From: an uncultured Candidatus Saccharibacteria bacterium
Lineage (GTDB): Bacteria > Patescibacteriota > Minisyncoccia > Minisyncoccales > JAGMDC01
Direction of reading: 5' to 3'
Assembly: GCA_964615205.1 (NCBI GenBank)
Contig: CAZTQA010000001.1
Location: forward strand, 64,510 to 128,509
DNA: 64,000 nt
The notes below the pieces were generated by a model. It had not been told where the DNA came from and made no database searches. It was given only the letters and a program-made list of their open reading frames with translations. A program made the translations under genes and the position numbers. Positions 16,594 through 26,436 of this stretch are shown here, in pieces (positions within the stretch are counted from its first letter, which is position 1; each line of letters starts with the position of its first letter).

Positions 16594-17862
16594 ATGAATA
16601 AAAAATATTCTAAACTTCTAACAGTTTTAATACTGACAGTTCTGGTTTCTGCACTTTTCCAGACTCAAAACGTATTGGCTGAAAGCGAAAAGAGTCAAGT
16701 TTCGGTTTATTTCTTTTATAGTCGCACCTGTAGTGTTTGCGCTAAAGAAAAACCTTTTTTAGAAAATTTAGCCAAAGAACATTCTGAAATTGATCTTCAG
16801 AAATTTGACCTTTACGGCAGTGAAGAAAATTTTGCCTTAATAAAGAAATTTTATGAAAATTATAATGTTTCTTCTAATTATCAAGGGAGCGTGCCTATTA
16901 CTTTTATAGATGAAAAGTATTTTTGCGGTTGGTGGTCTGAAGACATAACTGGGCGAGAAATTGAGAATTATATTTTGCAATTAATAGATGAGTTTCAACC
17001 CGAACCAGAGCCGGAACCTGAACCCAATCCTGAACCTAATCCTTATCCCGAGCCAGAGTCCAATCCTGGACCTGAACAGGAGTCCAATAAAAAGATTATA
17101 GTTGTTCCCTTTTTTGGCCAGATTGAAATTCCTCAAAATATTTCTCCTTTATTTTTAGCCGTTTTTTTGGGAACTTTAGATGGTTTTAATGCTTGCGCTA
17201 TGGTGGCTTTGGGATTTTTATTGACAGTTTTAATCTCCACAGGAATAAGAAGAAGAGTTATCTTAATAGGGGGAACTTTTATTTTAGTCTCCGGCTTGGT
17301 TTATTTTCTTATTATCTCTGGGATATTAAAACTGATTCTTTTTTCCGGTCATGAGAAAATCATTAACATTGCAGTAGGCGTTATCATTATTGTTTTCTCT
17401 GTATTTTTACTTAAAGATTATTTTCAGGGGGTGGTTTGTAAGGTGTGCGAGATCGGAAATAAAAAAGAAAATATTTTAGCTAAAATTCAAAAGAACCTCT
17501 TTGCTAAAATGAAAACTTTTTCCAGTGCCAGAATGTCTTTACCCATAATGCTTTTAGGAGTGGCTTTAGTAGCAACTGGAGTAAATGTGGTAGAGCTGGT
17601 TTGTTCTTTTGGTTTTCCCTTGACTTTTAGTAACATTTTGAGATCAGCAAATCTTTCCGCATTTTCTTATTATTTCTATATTTTTATTTTCGTGCTTTTC
17701 TATATGCTGGACGATTTTATTATCTTCCTTATAGCTGTTTATACCTTAAGAATGACTCAAGTATCCCAGAAATATTTGAAGTTTATTAAGTTAGTTTCTG
17801 GAATTGTTCTATTAGTTATGGGTCTAACTATGCTTTTTAGACCTGAGCTTTTAGTCTTTTAA
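16594..17862 (+). CDS. Membrane thiol-disulfide protein: periplasmic Trx-like domain + (PE/PN) linker + CcdA/DsbD-like membrane domain
   Basis: Signal peptide, CSVC motif, PEPEPEPEPNPEPNPYPEPESNPGPE linker (about 16996-17076), then multiple TM helices with conserved Cys (LDGFNACAM, ELVCSFGFP). Confidence 0.5.
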   Translation: MNKKYSKLLTVLILTVLVSALFQTQNVLAESEKSQVSVYFFYSRTCSVCAKEKPFLENLAKEHSEIDLQKFDLYGSEENFALIKKFYENYNVSSNYQGSVPITFIDEKYFCGWWSEDITGREIENYILQLIDEFQPEPEPEPEPNPEPNPYPEPESNPGPEQESNKKIIVVPFFGQIEIPQNISPLFLAVFLGTLDGFNACAMVALGFLLTVLISTGIRRRVILIGGTFILVSGLVYFLIISGILKLILFSGHEKIINIAVGVIIIVFSVFLLKDYFQGVVCKVCEIGNKKENILAKIQKNLFAKMKTFSSARMSLPIMLLGVALVATGVNVVELVCSFGFPLTFSNILRSANLSAFSYYFYIFIFVLFYMLDDFIIFLIAVYTLRMTQVSQKYLKFIKLVSGIVLLVMGLTMLFRPELLVF

Positions 17863-17864
17863 CC

Positions 17865-18842
17865 ATGAACGATGATATCATTGAAAAATTAAAGGAATCT
17901 GGATTAAGGGGCCGAAGCGGATCCGGTTTTCCTACTGGGTTGAAATGGGAAATGGTAAAAAAAGCCAAAGGAGAAAAGACATACATTGTTTGTAATGGAG
18001 CTGAAGGGGAGCCAGATGTTTTAAAAGATGGATTTATTTTAGAAAATTATCCTCAAGAAATTATAGACGGAATAAAGATTGCCCTAAAAACTTTTGATAA
18101 TAGCTCTGCTTATCTTTATTTGCGTAAAGATTATTATCAAAAACTAAACAAAAAGCTAAAAAAAATAATTGCCAAATCCCCCATCACTTTATTTAAAAAA
18201 CCAAGCGGCTATTTGAACGGAGAGGAAACAGTAATTTGTGAAGTTATTGAAGGAAAAAAATCCGAACCAAGATTAAAACCCCCCTATCCCACTGAAAAAG
18301 GTATTTGGGGATATCCTACTTTAATAAACAATGTAGAGACTTTTTATTGTATATCTAAGATTGCTAAAGATGAATACCAAAAAGAACGTTTTTATTCCAT
18401 TAATGGTTCGGTTAAAAATAAGGGAGTTTACAAACTGCCAAAAGATTGGATAATTGAGAAAATCTTAAAAGAAACTGGAAATTATCCTAACTTTAAGTTT
18501 TTCATCCAAATGGGAGGAGGAGCCAGTGGTGAAATTTTGTCACCCCAGGAACTTAATCGAAAAATTGAGGGCATTGGTTCTATTATTGTTTTCAATCGTC
18601 AAAAGACAAATCCTTTTTCTCTAATGAAAAAATGGGCTCATTTTTTCTATGAAGCAAATTGTGATAAATGCATACCTTGTCGGGAAGGTATTTACCGTAT
18701 AAATGAAATGTTAAAAACAAAAAAAATTGACAACAAATTAATGGCTGATTTGATATTTGTCTTAGAAGAGACCAGTTTCTGCGGTTTGGGTAAGGCAGCC
18801 GCTGTGCCTTTTAAGAGTTTAATCCAAAAACTATATGATTAA
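17865..18842 (+). CDS. NuoF-like flavoprotein subunit (hydrogenase diaphorase-type, compact)
   Basis: GLRGRSGSGFPTGLKW, CNGAEGEPDVLKD, and the C-terminal Fe-S motif CDKCIPCREG..SFCGLG. Confidence 0.7.
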   Translation: MNDDIIEKLKESGLRGRSGSGFPTGLKWEMVKKAKGEKTYIVCNGAEGEPDVLKDGFILENYPQEIIDGIKIALKTFDNSSAYLYLRKDYYQKLNKKLKKIIAKSPITLFKKPSGYLNGEETVICEVIEGKKSEPRLKPPYPTEKGIWGYPTLINNVETFYCISKIAKDEYQKERFYSINGSVKNKGVYKLPKDWIIEKILKETGNYPNFKFFIQMGGGASGEILSPQELNRKIEGIGSIIVFNRQKTNPFSLMKKWAHFFYEANCDKCIPCREGIYRINEMLKTKKIDNKLMADLIFVLEETSFCGLGKAAAVPFKSLIQKLYD

Positions 18843-20538
18843 TTTGAAGATAAATGGCAAAAGAATACAGGCCAAGGAAAACCAGACTATTTTAGAAGCA
18901 GCTCAGGACAATGGAATTGAAATTCCTGCTCTTTGTTATCATTCTGATTTAGATATCAAGGCTAATTGCCGGATCTGTTTAGTGGAAATAAAAGGCAGGA
19001 AAGATCTTCTTCCTTCCTGTTCAACAAAAGCAGAAGAAGGCATGGAAATACTAATAGATTCTCCGCGCGCTAAAAGAGCAAGGAAAATTAATTTAGAACT
19101 GGCTTTTTCCCAGCATTGCGAGGAATGCCAAGATTGCATCTGGGATTTCGACTGCCGGCTTTTGAAATTAGCTAAAAAATATAATCTTAAAATAGCCAGG
19201 TTTCCAGACAGAAAAAAGAATTTCCCGGTTTATCAATTCGGGCCCAGTTTAATTTTTGACAGTTCCAAGTGTATTGACTGCGGAAACTGTATTGAGATGT
19301 GCCAAAAACAAGGCGTAGGTTTTTTGGAGAAGAAAGAAAAGAAAGACTTATTTCAGGTTGTTCCTTCAAAGGATAAGAATAAAGACTGTATTTATTGTGG
19401 CCAATGCATTGTTCATTGTCCGGTAGGTGCTTTTGAGGCAGTGGGTGAGTTTGAAGATGTAGAGAAGCCCCTTTCTGATAGAAACAAAATTGTAGTTTTT
19501 CAGTTTGCGCCAACTATCAGAACTAGTATTGGTGAAGAGTTTGATTTGCCTTACGGTGAAGTGGTAACTGAAAAGCTGGTAGCCGGGATAAAAAAATTAG
19601 GCGTAGATAAGGTTTTTGATACCAGCGTTGGGGCTGATTTTACCACAGTTGAAGAAGCTAAGGAGTGGTTAGAGAAATTAGACAAAGGAAAAGTTCCTTG
19701 TTTGACTTCCTGCTGTCCGGCCTGGGTCAAGTTTGTTGAGTTTTATTATCCGGAATTTATTCCTTGTTTAGCTACCACTAGGTCCCCTCAAGTTATTTTA
19801 GGCGGTTTAATTAAAACTTATTGGGCGGAAAAAGAAAAAATTAATCCTAAAAAAATTGTTGTCGTTTCTATTATGCCCTGCGTGGCTAAAAAATATGAAA
19901 TCCAGAGAAAAGAGATGGAAATTGACGGAATGAAGCCGGTTGATTATGTTTTAACCACCCGGGAATTAGCTTATCTTTTTAAAAAGCATAATATAGACTT
20001 AAAGACAATAAATCCAGAAAAAATAGACGATCCCTTAGGCATTCCTTCAGGCGCCGGCGTGATTTATGGCGCCAGCGGCGGAGTAACTGAATCAGCTTTG
20101 CGAACAGCTTATAGTAAAATAACAGGAAAGAATTTAATCATAGAGTTTAAGAAGATTAGAGGTATGGATAGGGTAAAAAAAGCTGAAATCAGAATAAACG
20201 GAAAGAAAATCAAATTAGCTGTGGTCAATGGCATTGGAGAGGCAAAATTGATTTTAGAAGAGATAAAAAAAAAGCCGGGTATTTATGACGGAGTAGAGGT
20301 TATGGCTTGTTTTGGAGGATGTATTGGCGGTGGCGGCCAGCCAGTGCCCACAGACGGGAAAATAAGAAAGAGAAGAGCAGATTCGCTTTATCAAATTGAT
20401 AACAAAAAAGAAATCAGATTAGCTCATAAAAATCCTATTGTTAAAGAAGTTTATAATAATTTTTTAACTAATGATAAAATTATAAAAAAGATCTGTCACA
20501 CAAAATATTCTACTAAAAAAAGAGAAGTTAAACTATGA
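18835..20538 (+). CDS. hydA: [FeFe]-hydrogenase catalytic subunit
   Basis: N-terminal 2Fe-2S domain (ALCYH..CRICLVE), two CxxCxxCxxxCP ferredoxin motifs, H-cluster signatures TSCCPAW, MPCVAKKYE, MACFGGCIGGGGQP. Confidence 0.9.
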   Translation: MINLKINGKRIQAKENQTILEAAQDNGIEIPALCYHSDLDIKANCRICLVEIKGRKDLLPSCSTKAEEGMEILIDSPRAKRARKINLELAFSQHCEECQDCIWDFDCRLLKLAKKYNLKIARFPDRKKNFPVYQFGPSLIFDSSKCIDCGNCIEMCQKQGVGFLEKKEKKDLFQVVPSKDKNKDCIYCGQCIVHCPVGAFEAVGEFEDVEKPLSDRNKIVVFQFAPTIRTSIGEEFDLPYGEVVTEKLVAGIKKLGVDKVFDTSVGADFTTVEEAKEWLEKLDKGKVPCLTSCCPAWVKFVEFYYPEFIPCLATTRSPQVILGGLIKTYWAEKEKINPKKIVVVSIMPCVAKKYEIQRKEMEIDGMKPVDYVLTTRELAYLFKKHNIDLKTINPEKIDDPLGIPSGAGVIYGASGGVTESALRTAYSKITGKNLIIEFKKIRGMDRVKKAEIRINGKKIKLAVVNGIGEAKLILEEIKKKPGIYDGVEVMACFGGCIGGGGQPVPTDGKIRKRRADSLYQIDNKKEIRLAHKNPIVKEVYNNFLTNDKIIKKICHTKYSTKKREVKL

Positions 20539-21020
20539 ATACAACAAAAACAAATATTCTGACAAAAATAAATATTTTAATTCTGCTTCGTTTTGGGTTG
20601 CTGTTAAGTTTAGCTGTTTTAGCGCCTTTATTCGGCAACCAAATTGTTAGCGGTCCTATTGTTAATGCGGTTTTGTTTATTTCTGTGTTTATAGTGGGGA
20701 TCAGAGGAGCAGTTCTGATTGCTTTTACTCCCAGTCTTATAGCTCTATCAACGGGTCTCTTACCTTTAGTTTTAGCGCTAATGATTCCTTTTATTATAAT
20801 GGGTAATATTATCTTAGTTTTGTCTTTTTATCATTTAAGAAGCAAAAATTATTGGTTAGGAGTAATTTCAGCCAGCTTGTTTAAGTTTATTTTTCTTTTT
20901 TCAGCCAGTTCCATTATTTCTTCTAAATTAGCTGTTATGATGGGCTGGCCGCAGCTTTTGACTGCTTTAGCTGGTGGCTTAATAGCTTATTTTGTTTTAA
21001 AAAGTTTTAGAGAAATATGA
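20535..21020 (+). CDS. Integral membrane protein (about 5 TM; ECF S-component-like?)
   Basis: Hydrophobic throughout. Coupled by ATGA overlaps to hydA upstream and sufC downstream. No diagnostic motif recognised. Confidence 0.35.
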   Translation: MNTTKTNILTKINILILLRFGLLLSLAVLAPLFGNQIVSGPIVNAVLFISVFIVGIRGAVLIAFTPSLIALSTGLLPLVLALMIPFIIMGNIILVLSFYHLRSKNYWLGVISASLFKFIFLFSASSIISSKLAVMMGWPQLLTALAGGLIAYFVLKSFREI

Positions 21021-21715
21021 TTTTAGAAGTTAAAAAATTAAAAGTAGAAAAGGATAGAATCTCTGTATTAAAAGGGGTTAATTTAAGAATAAAAAAAGGG
21101 GAAATCCAAGCTCTTTTGGGGCCTAATGCTAGTGGAAAAAGTAGTTTAGCTCAAGTTATTGCTGGTAACCAAAATTATAATATTAAAGAAGGCAAGGTTT
21201 TTTTAAATGGTAAGGATATTACCAAGTTAGCTCCTGAAAAAAGAGTTAAAATGGGATTGGTTTTAACTTGGCAAAGTCCTCCGGGAATCAAAGGAATTAA
21301 GCTTTCCCAATTGTTACCAGATACAACTGATCGAGAACCGTTCTCGTACAGTTTATTAGATAGGGAAGTGAATATTAATCTTTCTGGGGGAGAGAAAAAA
21401 ATGTCAGAATTAATGCAAATCTTAGCTTTAGAACCCAAGCTGGTTATTTTTGATGAAATTGACTCTGGATTGGATTTGAAGAAAATAAAAGAAACAGCAG
21501 AAATTATTAAAAGAGAGTTAATTAAAAAAGGCGTGGCTGTTCTTTTGATTACACATTCCGGTGAAATTTTAAATTTTTTGAATCCTAAAATTACCAATGT
21601 AATGGTAAATGGCAGGATTATTTGTAAGAATAAAAATTACAAGAAGATTCTTAAAGTGATTAAAAAATATGGCTACGAAAAATGTAAAAAATGCCAATTA
21701 CTGGCAAGTAAATAA
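21017..21715 (+). CDS. sufC: Fe-S cluster assembly ATPase SufC
   Basis: Walker A GPNASGKSS, ABC signature LSGGEKK, Walker B LVIFDEIDSGLD. Confidence 0.8.
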   Translation: MILEVKKLKVEKDRISVLKGVNLRIKKGEIQALLGPNASGKSSLAQVIAGNQNYNIKEGKVFLNGKDITKLAPEKRVKMGLVLTWQSPPGIKGIKLSQLLPDTTDREPFSYSLLDREVNINLSGGEKKMSELMQILALEPKLVIFDEIDSGLDLKKIKETAEIIKRELIKKGVAVLLITHSGEILNFLNPKITNVMVNGRIICKNKNYKKILKVIKKYGYEKCKKCQLLASK

Positions 21716-22580
21716 AGACCAACCCCAAATCTGTTCTCTAAGGGGGGCAGAAATTCTTCCCAGTAGAATTGCTTGGGAGAGATATTCTTGGTTCAGAAAG
21801 TATTTTTTTAAAAAGCCACAGTACGGTTATTCTATTTGGATTAATCATCAGCCTAATGGAATAGTTTATACCTGTGTTAACATTGATAAAAAGGGCATTA
21901 AGCAAGGAATGAATAATCTTTTAGTAATAGAAAAAAACTTAAAAGTCACTCTTAGAGGTACCTGTAGCGCTTTAAAGAAAAATTTATCAGCTAGTCATCA
22001 GGCCCAAGGAAAAATAATTTTAAAAGAAAGTTCAGTTCTCAATTACGAGCATTTTCATTCCTGGGGAGGGAAAGATTTTTTAGATACTGACTATGATTTT
22101 ATTTTAGAGAAAAGGGCTAAATTAAATTACAATTACAAAATATTATCTTCACCTCGAAAAGCTAAAATAAAAACAAATGTTGATCTAAAAGAAGAATCAT
22201 CAGCTGATACTAATATTGTAGGCAGTTTTTCTGATACCCAAACAGAAATTAAAGACAATTTAATTTTAAAAGGCAAGAATTGCTCTGGTATGGCTAAACT
22301 AAGATTGGTAGGGAATAAAAACAGCCGTATTTCTGCTTGTTCTCAAATTAAAGCCTTGGCTGAAAGCAAAGGTCATTTGGATTGCCAGGGATTATTGATT
22401 GATAAAAAAGCTAAAATTTCTTTGACACCGGAATTAATTTGTGAAAATAAAAAAGCCCAGCTTACTCATGAGGCATCCATAGGAAAAATATCTGAACAAG
22501 AGTTGATTTACTTAAGAATGCGCGGATTTACTGAAAAACAAGCTATAGATTTAATTGTTAATGGTTTTTTGAGAAAATAA
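21669..22580 (+). CDS. SufB/SufD-family Fe-S assembly protein
   Basis: C-terminal signature ..THEASIGKISEQELIYLRMRGFTEKQAIDLIVNGF. Start uncertain (47-nt overlap with sufC). Confidence 0.7.
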   Translation: MATKNVKNANYWQVNKDQPQICSLRGAEILPSRIAWERYSWFRKYFFKKPQYGYSIWINHQPNGIVYTCVNIDKKGIKQGMNNLLVIEKNLKVTLRGTCSALKKNLSASHQAQGKIILKESSVLNYEHFHSWGGKDFLDTDYDFILEKRAKLNYNYKILSSPRKAKIKTNVDLKEESSADTNIVGSFSDTQTEIKDNLILKGKNCSGMAKLRLVGNKNSRISACSQIKALAESKGHLDCQGLLIDKKAKISLTPELICENKKAQLTHEASIGKISEQELIYLRMRGFTEKQAIDLIVNGFLRK

Positions 22581-22582
22581 TT

Positions 22583-23164
22583 ATGCAGGAAAGAGATAAC
22601 GAACTCAAAAAAATTAAAGATGAAGTTATAGAATGCCAAAGATGCCAGCTTCATAAAACCAGAAATTTGCCCGTAATAGGCCAGGGCAGCCATAGTGCAA
22701 AAACAATGTTTATCGGCGAAGCTCCGGGCCAGTCAGAAGATCAAACCGGCCGCCCCTTTTGCGGGGCGGCCGGTAAAGTTCTTGACGAGCTTCTGGCTTC
22801 AGTCAATATTAAGAGAGAAGAGGTTTACATCTGTAATATTCTAAAGTGCCGGCCCCCGGGCAATCGCAATCCCAAACCAGACGAAATCAAGGCCTGCACG
22901 TCCTATCTTTTAGGCCAGATTGAAATTATTAAACCCGAAATAATCTGTACCTTGGGTAATTTTTCCACGGCCTTTATTTTAGAACAGTTTGGATTAAAAG
23001 ATAAAGTTGAGGGTATTGGCAAGATACACGGAAAGGTTTTTGAAGCTCAATCCTTGTTTGGCAAAATAAAAATTATTCCTCTTTATCATCCAGCTGCTGC
23101 TACCTACAATCCTAATATGAAAACCATTCTCCAAAAAGATTTCCAATCTCTTCTCTATGATTAA
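22583..23164 (+). CDS. Uracil-DNA glycosylase, family 4
   Basis: CQRCQLH.., FIGEAPG, ICNILKCRPPGNR, HPAAA motifs. Confidence 0.85.
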   Translation: MQERDNELKKIKDEVIECQRCQLHKTRNLPVIGQGSHSAKTMFIGEAPGQSEDQTGRPFCGAAGKVLDELLASVNIKREEVYICNILKCRPPGNRNPKPDEIKACTSYLLGQIEIIKPEIICTLGNFSTAFILEQFGLKDKVEGIGKIHGKVFEAQSLFGKIKIIPLYHPAAATYNPNMKTILQKDFQSLLYD

Positions 23165-23191
23165 ATGATTGAGATTCAGTCTCACTCATTT

Positions 23192-25225
23192 TTATTTTAC
23201 ATAGTCGCATTCTTTATTGGAACACTTGATCTGGCCTCTTTTTGTTTGCATAAGCAGGGAACCGCATTGGGGGCATTTTTCATTAAGGGGTTTTTCCCAA
23301 AGAGCAAAATCACAATTAGGCCATTCAGAACAGGCATAAAAGGTTTTTCCTTTCTTAGTTCTTTTTTCAACTATTTCTCCTTCTCCGCATTTAGGGCATT
23401 TTATATTTAATCTTGGTCTTTCTACTGGTTTAGTAAATCGGCATTTGGGAAAATTAGGGCAGGCATAAAATTTTCCAAACCTTCCGATTTTCTTGATCAG
23501 TTTTGCTCCGCATTCTGGACAGACCTGATCTGTTTCTTCTTCTGCTATTTCTTTCTTATCTATTTCTTGTTCTTTAATCTTTAATTTTTCTTCAAAGGGA
23601 TCATAAAATTCTTTGATAACCGGAACCCATTTTCTTTTGCCATCAGCAATCTGGTCCAAGTCCTTTTCCATTTCTGCAGTGAATTTTATATCCACAATTT
23701 CAGGAAAATGATTGACCAGTAAGTCATTGACAATCGTTCCTATTTCTGTTGGCTGGAATTTTTTATTCTCATTTTTCTCAACATAGTTTCTTTCCTGAAT
23801 AGTAGAGATTATAGGGGCATAAGTTGAGGGCCGGCCAATGCCATTAATTTCTAGGACCTTAATAAGTGTGGCTTCGCTGTATCGCGAAGGCGGTTGGGTA
23901 AAATGCTGGGAGGGAATAAGTTTTAGTAATTCTAAAATCTCATTAATTTCTAAAAAGGGAAGTTCGTTTTCCTCGAATTTCATTGGATAAACCTTAAGGA
24001 ATCCATCAAACTTTAATATCTGACCATTACTTCTGAAAGTATGATCCTTAGCTAGAATATCTACGGTTGTAGAGTCAAATAAAGCTTCTTTCATCTGGCA
24101 AGCAATAAATCTTCTCCAGATTAAATCATAAATCCGGAACTGATTGTCATCTAATTTTGCCTGCAGCTTTAAATCACCGGGTTGTTTGTCGGCATAGCTG
24201 GGTCTAATAGCTTCGTGGGCTTCTTGAGCACCCTTAGATTTGGTTTTGTACCGTTTTAAATAACCAGCCCAGTATTCTTGGCCGTAATTTTGAATAATAA
24301 ATTTTTTAGCAGTAGACAAAGACATTTCTGAAAGATTGAGAGAGTCGGTTCGGTGATAAGTGATATGTCCTTTTTCATAAAGCTGCTGGGCAGTTCTCAT
24401 AGTCATTTTGGCTGGCCAGTGGAATCTTTTCCAAGATTCTTGCTGAAGAGTGGAAGTAGCAAAAGGAGGCAAAGGGTTTTTCTTAATTTCTTTTTTTTCT
24501 ATATTACTCACCTTATATTCTGCTTTTTCTAAGTCCTTAAGTATTTTTTCTGCTTCCTCTTTTGTTTTAATTCCTAATTTAGGAATTACTTTTCCATCTT
24601 TTTTTATAAGTAATGCTTTAAAATCATTTTTTGATTTCCGAATCTCCGCTTCAATCTGCCAGTATTCTTCTGGTTTGAAATTTTCTATTTCTCTTTCTCT
24701 TTCAACTACCAAACGAACAGCTACTGACTGGACTCTGCCAGCGGAAAGCCCCCTAGCCACTTTTTTCCATAAAAGCGGAGAAAGCTTATATCCCACCAAA
24801 CGATCTAAAACCCTCCTTGCTTGCTGAGCATCAACTAAATTAATATCAATTTCTCTAGGATTCTTTAAAGCTTCTTCAACAGCCTGCTTGGTAATTTCAT
24901 GAAAAACAATACGTTGATAATTTTTGCTACCTGAATCTAAAACATGGGCTATATGCCAGGCAATAGCTTCTCCTTCTCTGTCTTCATCAGTAGCTAAAAT
25001 TATATTATCGATTTTTTGAGCTTCTTTTTTTAATAGAGAAACTTTTTTTCTGGCTTTTAAAGGAATAATATACTTAGGTTCAAAGTTTTTTTCTGTATCA
25101 ATGCCTAATTCGCTTTTAGGAAGGTCACGGATATGGCCATATGAAGAAACAACTCTATAGTTAGGGCCTAAAAATCTTTCAATGGTATTGGCTTTTGTAG
25201 GTGATTCAACGATAATTAAATTCAT
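23192..25225 (-). CDS. topA: DNA topoisomerase I
   Basis: TOPRIM start LIIVESPTKA, DEDREGE, active-site region ITYHRTDS, three C-terminal zinc ribbons (CPECG.., CPKCG.., CPQCG..). Confidence 0.95.
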   Translation of the reverse strand: MNLIIVESPTKANTIERFLGPNYRVVSSYGHIRDLPKSELGIDTEKNFEPKYIIPLKARKKVSLLKKEAQKIDNIILATDEDREGEAIAWHIAHVLDSGSKNYQRIVFHEITKQAVEEALKNPREIDINLVDAQQARRVLDRLVGYKLSPLLWKKVARGLSAGRVQSVAVRLVVEREREIENFKPEEYWQIEAEIRKSKNDFKALLIKKDGKVIPKLGIKTKEEAEKILKDLEKAEYKVSNIEKKEIKKNPLPPFATSTLQQESWKRFHWPAKMTMRTAQQLYEKGHITYHRTDSLNLSEMSLSTAKKFIIQNYGQEYWAGYLKRYKTKSKGAQEAHEAIRPSYADKQPGDLKLQAKLDDNQFRIYDLIWRRFIACQMKEALFDSTTVDILAKDHTFRSNGQILKFDGFLKVYPMKFEENELPFLEINEILELLKLIPSQHFTQPPSRYSEATLIKVLEINGIGRPSTYAPIISTIQERNYVEKNENKKFQPTEIGTIVNDLLVNHFPEIVDIKFTAEMEKDLDQIADGKRKWVPVIKEFYDPFEEKLKIKEQEIDKKEIAEEETDQVCPECGAKLIKKIGRFGKFYACPNFPKCRFTKPVERPRLNIKCPKCGEGEIVEKRTKKGKTFYACSEWPNCDFALWEKPLNEKCPQCGSLLMQTKRGQIKCSNKECDYVK

Positions 25226-25778
25226 ATGATTGAATTAATTGGCAGGTTTCTTTAATCGTCTCTTTTATAATCTTTTCTTCATCTTTGTCAGATTTCTGCA
25301 GAACAAATCTCTCCACATTCTTGATTTCTTTTTCTTGAGGTTTAATTCCCAAACGAAACCTAATAAAATTTTTAGTACATAGGCTATCTATTATTGATTG
25401 AACTCCTTTATGACCGGCTGAACCACGATTCTGGACAACTTTAATTTTTCCCAATTCTATATCCAAATCATCATGAACTACCCATAAGTTGGTAGTTTGC
25501 TTGTCCACCGAAGCCTTGGCGTAGGCGGATGGTTTATAATTGGTAGTTAATTTTTTTACTGCGTAGCCAGAATCATTCATAAAGGTTTGGGGTTTGGCAA
25601 GAATTGTCTTTTTGCCATTTATAATCCCTTCAGAAATTTCTGCTTTGAGCTTCTTTTTTTTTTGCCAATCTGAAAAGCTATGAATTTTTTGCAATTCATC
25701 TAAAACTCTGAATCCTAAATTATGGCGCGTCCTTTTATATTTTTCTCCTGGATTTCCCAGACCCACAATCAAAATCAT
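25206..25778 (-). CDS. pth: Peptidyl-tRNA hydrolase
   Basis: LIVGLGNPG..Y..TRHNLGF, QTFMNDSG, VVHDDLD, GSAGHKG. Contains an extra segment PSAYAKASVDKQTTN (see findings). Confidence 0.9.
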   Translation of the reverse strand: MILIVGLGNPGEKYKRTRHNLGFRVLDELQKIHSFSDWQKKKKLKAEISEGIINGKKTILAKPQTFMNDSGYAVKKLTTNYKPSAYAKASVDKQTTNLWVVHDDLDIELGKIKVVQNRGSAGHKGVQSIIDSLCTKNFIRFRLGIKPQEKEIKNVERFVLQKSDKDEEKIIKETIKETCQLIQSYEFNYR

Positions 25779-25859
25779 TGTCTCATTATAGCATCCATTA
25801 GAATAACATCAAACCTCTTTTTTTTATTTAGAAACAGGGCTTGTTTCATTTTTAAAAAC

Positions 25860-25868
25860 TGGTATAAT
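25860..25868 (+). promoter_or_regulatory. Extended -10 (TGgTATAAT) 7 nt upstream of the lepB ATG
   Basis: tggtataat at 25860-25868, TTGTTT at 25841-25846 (16-nt spacer), ATG at 25876, no SD. Confidence 0.45.
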
Positions 25869-25875
25869 AGAAGAT

Positions 25876-26433
25876 ATGAAAAAACTGCTAACCAATACTT
25901 TGTTATTTTTCTGGGAAATAACAAAAATTGTTATTATTGCCTTATTAATTGTTATTCCCATTCGTTATTTTATTTTCCAGCCCTTTTTTGTTAACGGACA
26001 GAGCATGGAACCCAATTTCACAGATGGTGATTATTTAATTATTGATGAAATAAGCTATCGCTTTTCTCCTCCCCAAAGAGGAGAAGTAATTGTTTTTAGA
26101 TATCCAAATGATCCTTCCCAGCGCTACATCAAAAGAATTATTGGCTTGCCCGGAGAAACAATAGTTATCAAAGACGAACAAGTGGGCGTTATAAACGAGA
26201 GTTACAGTTGGTATTTAAATGAATCAGATTATTTAGGAAATATTAGCCAAACCCCAGGAGAAATTATGATTACACTTGGAGAAAATGAATATTTTGTTAT
26301 GGGTGATAATCGCGATGCTTCTTATGATTCCAGAAGATGGGGAGCCTTGGAAGAAGATAAAATTATAGGTAGGGTTGTTTTCCGGGCTTGGCCTGTGAAT
26401 TCTTTAGCTAAAATTGAATTACCCGACTATTAA
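25876..26433 (+). CDS. lepB: Signal peptidase I
   Basis: GQSMEP (catalytic Ser), YIKRIIGLPGE (catalytic Lys box), GDNRDASYDSR. Confidence 0.9.
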   Translation: MKKLLTNTLLFFWEITKIVIIALLIVIPIRYFIFQPFFVNGQSMEPNFTDGDYLIIDEISYRFSPPQRGEVIVFRYPNDPSQRYIKRIIGLPGETIVIKDEQVGVINESYSWYLNESDYLGNISQTPGEIMITLGENEYFVMGDNRDASYDSRRWGALEEDKIIGRVVFRAWPVNSLAKIELPDY

Positions 26434-26436
26434 AAT

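Noticed and set aside
23165-23191. Small hairpin TGAGA-ttcag-TCTCA between the convergent UDG and topA genes, as a possible bidirectional terminator.
   Set aside because: It has only a 5-bp AT-rich stem and no clear U-tract on either strand, which is too weak to call.
23165-23410. ORF 23165..23410 (+) downstream of UDG.
   Set aside because: It is antisense to the C-terminal zinc-ribbon region of topA (23192..25225, minus strand), so it is a shadow ORF.
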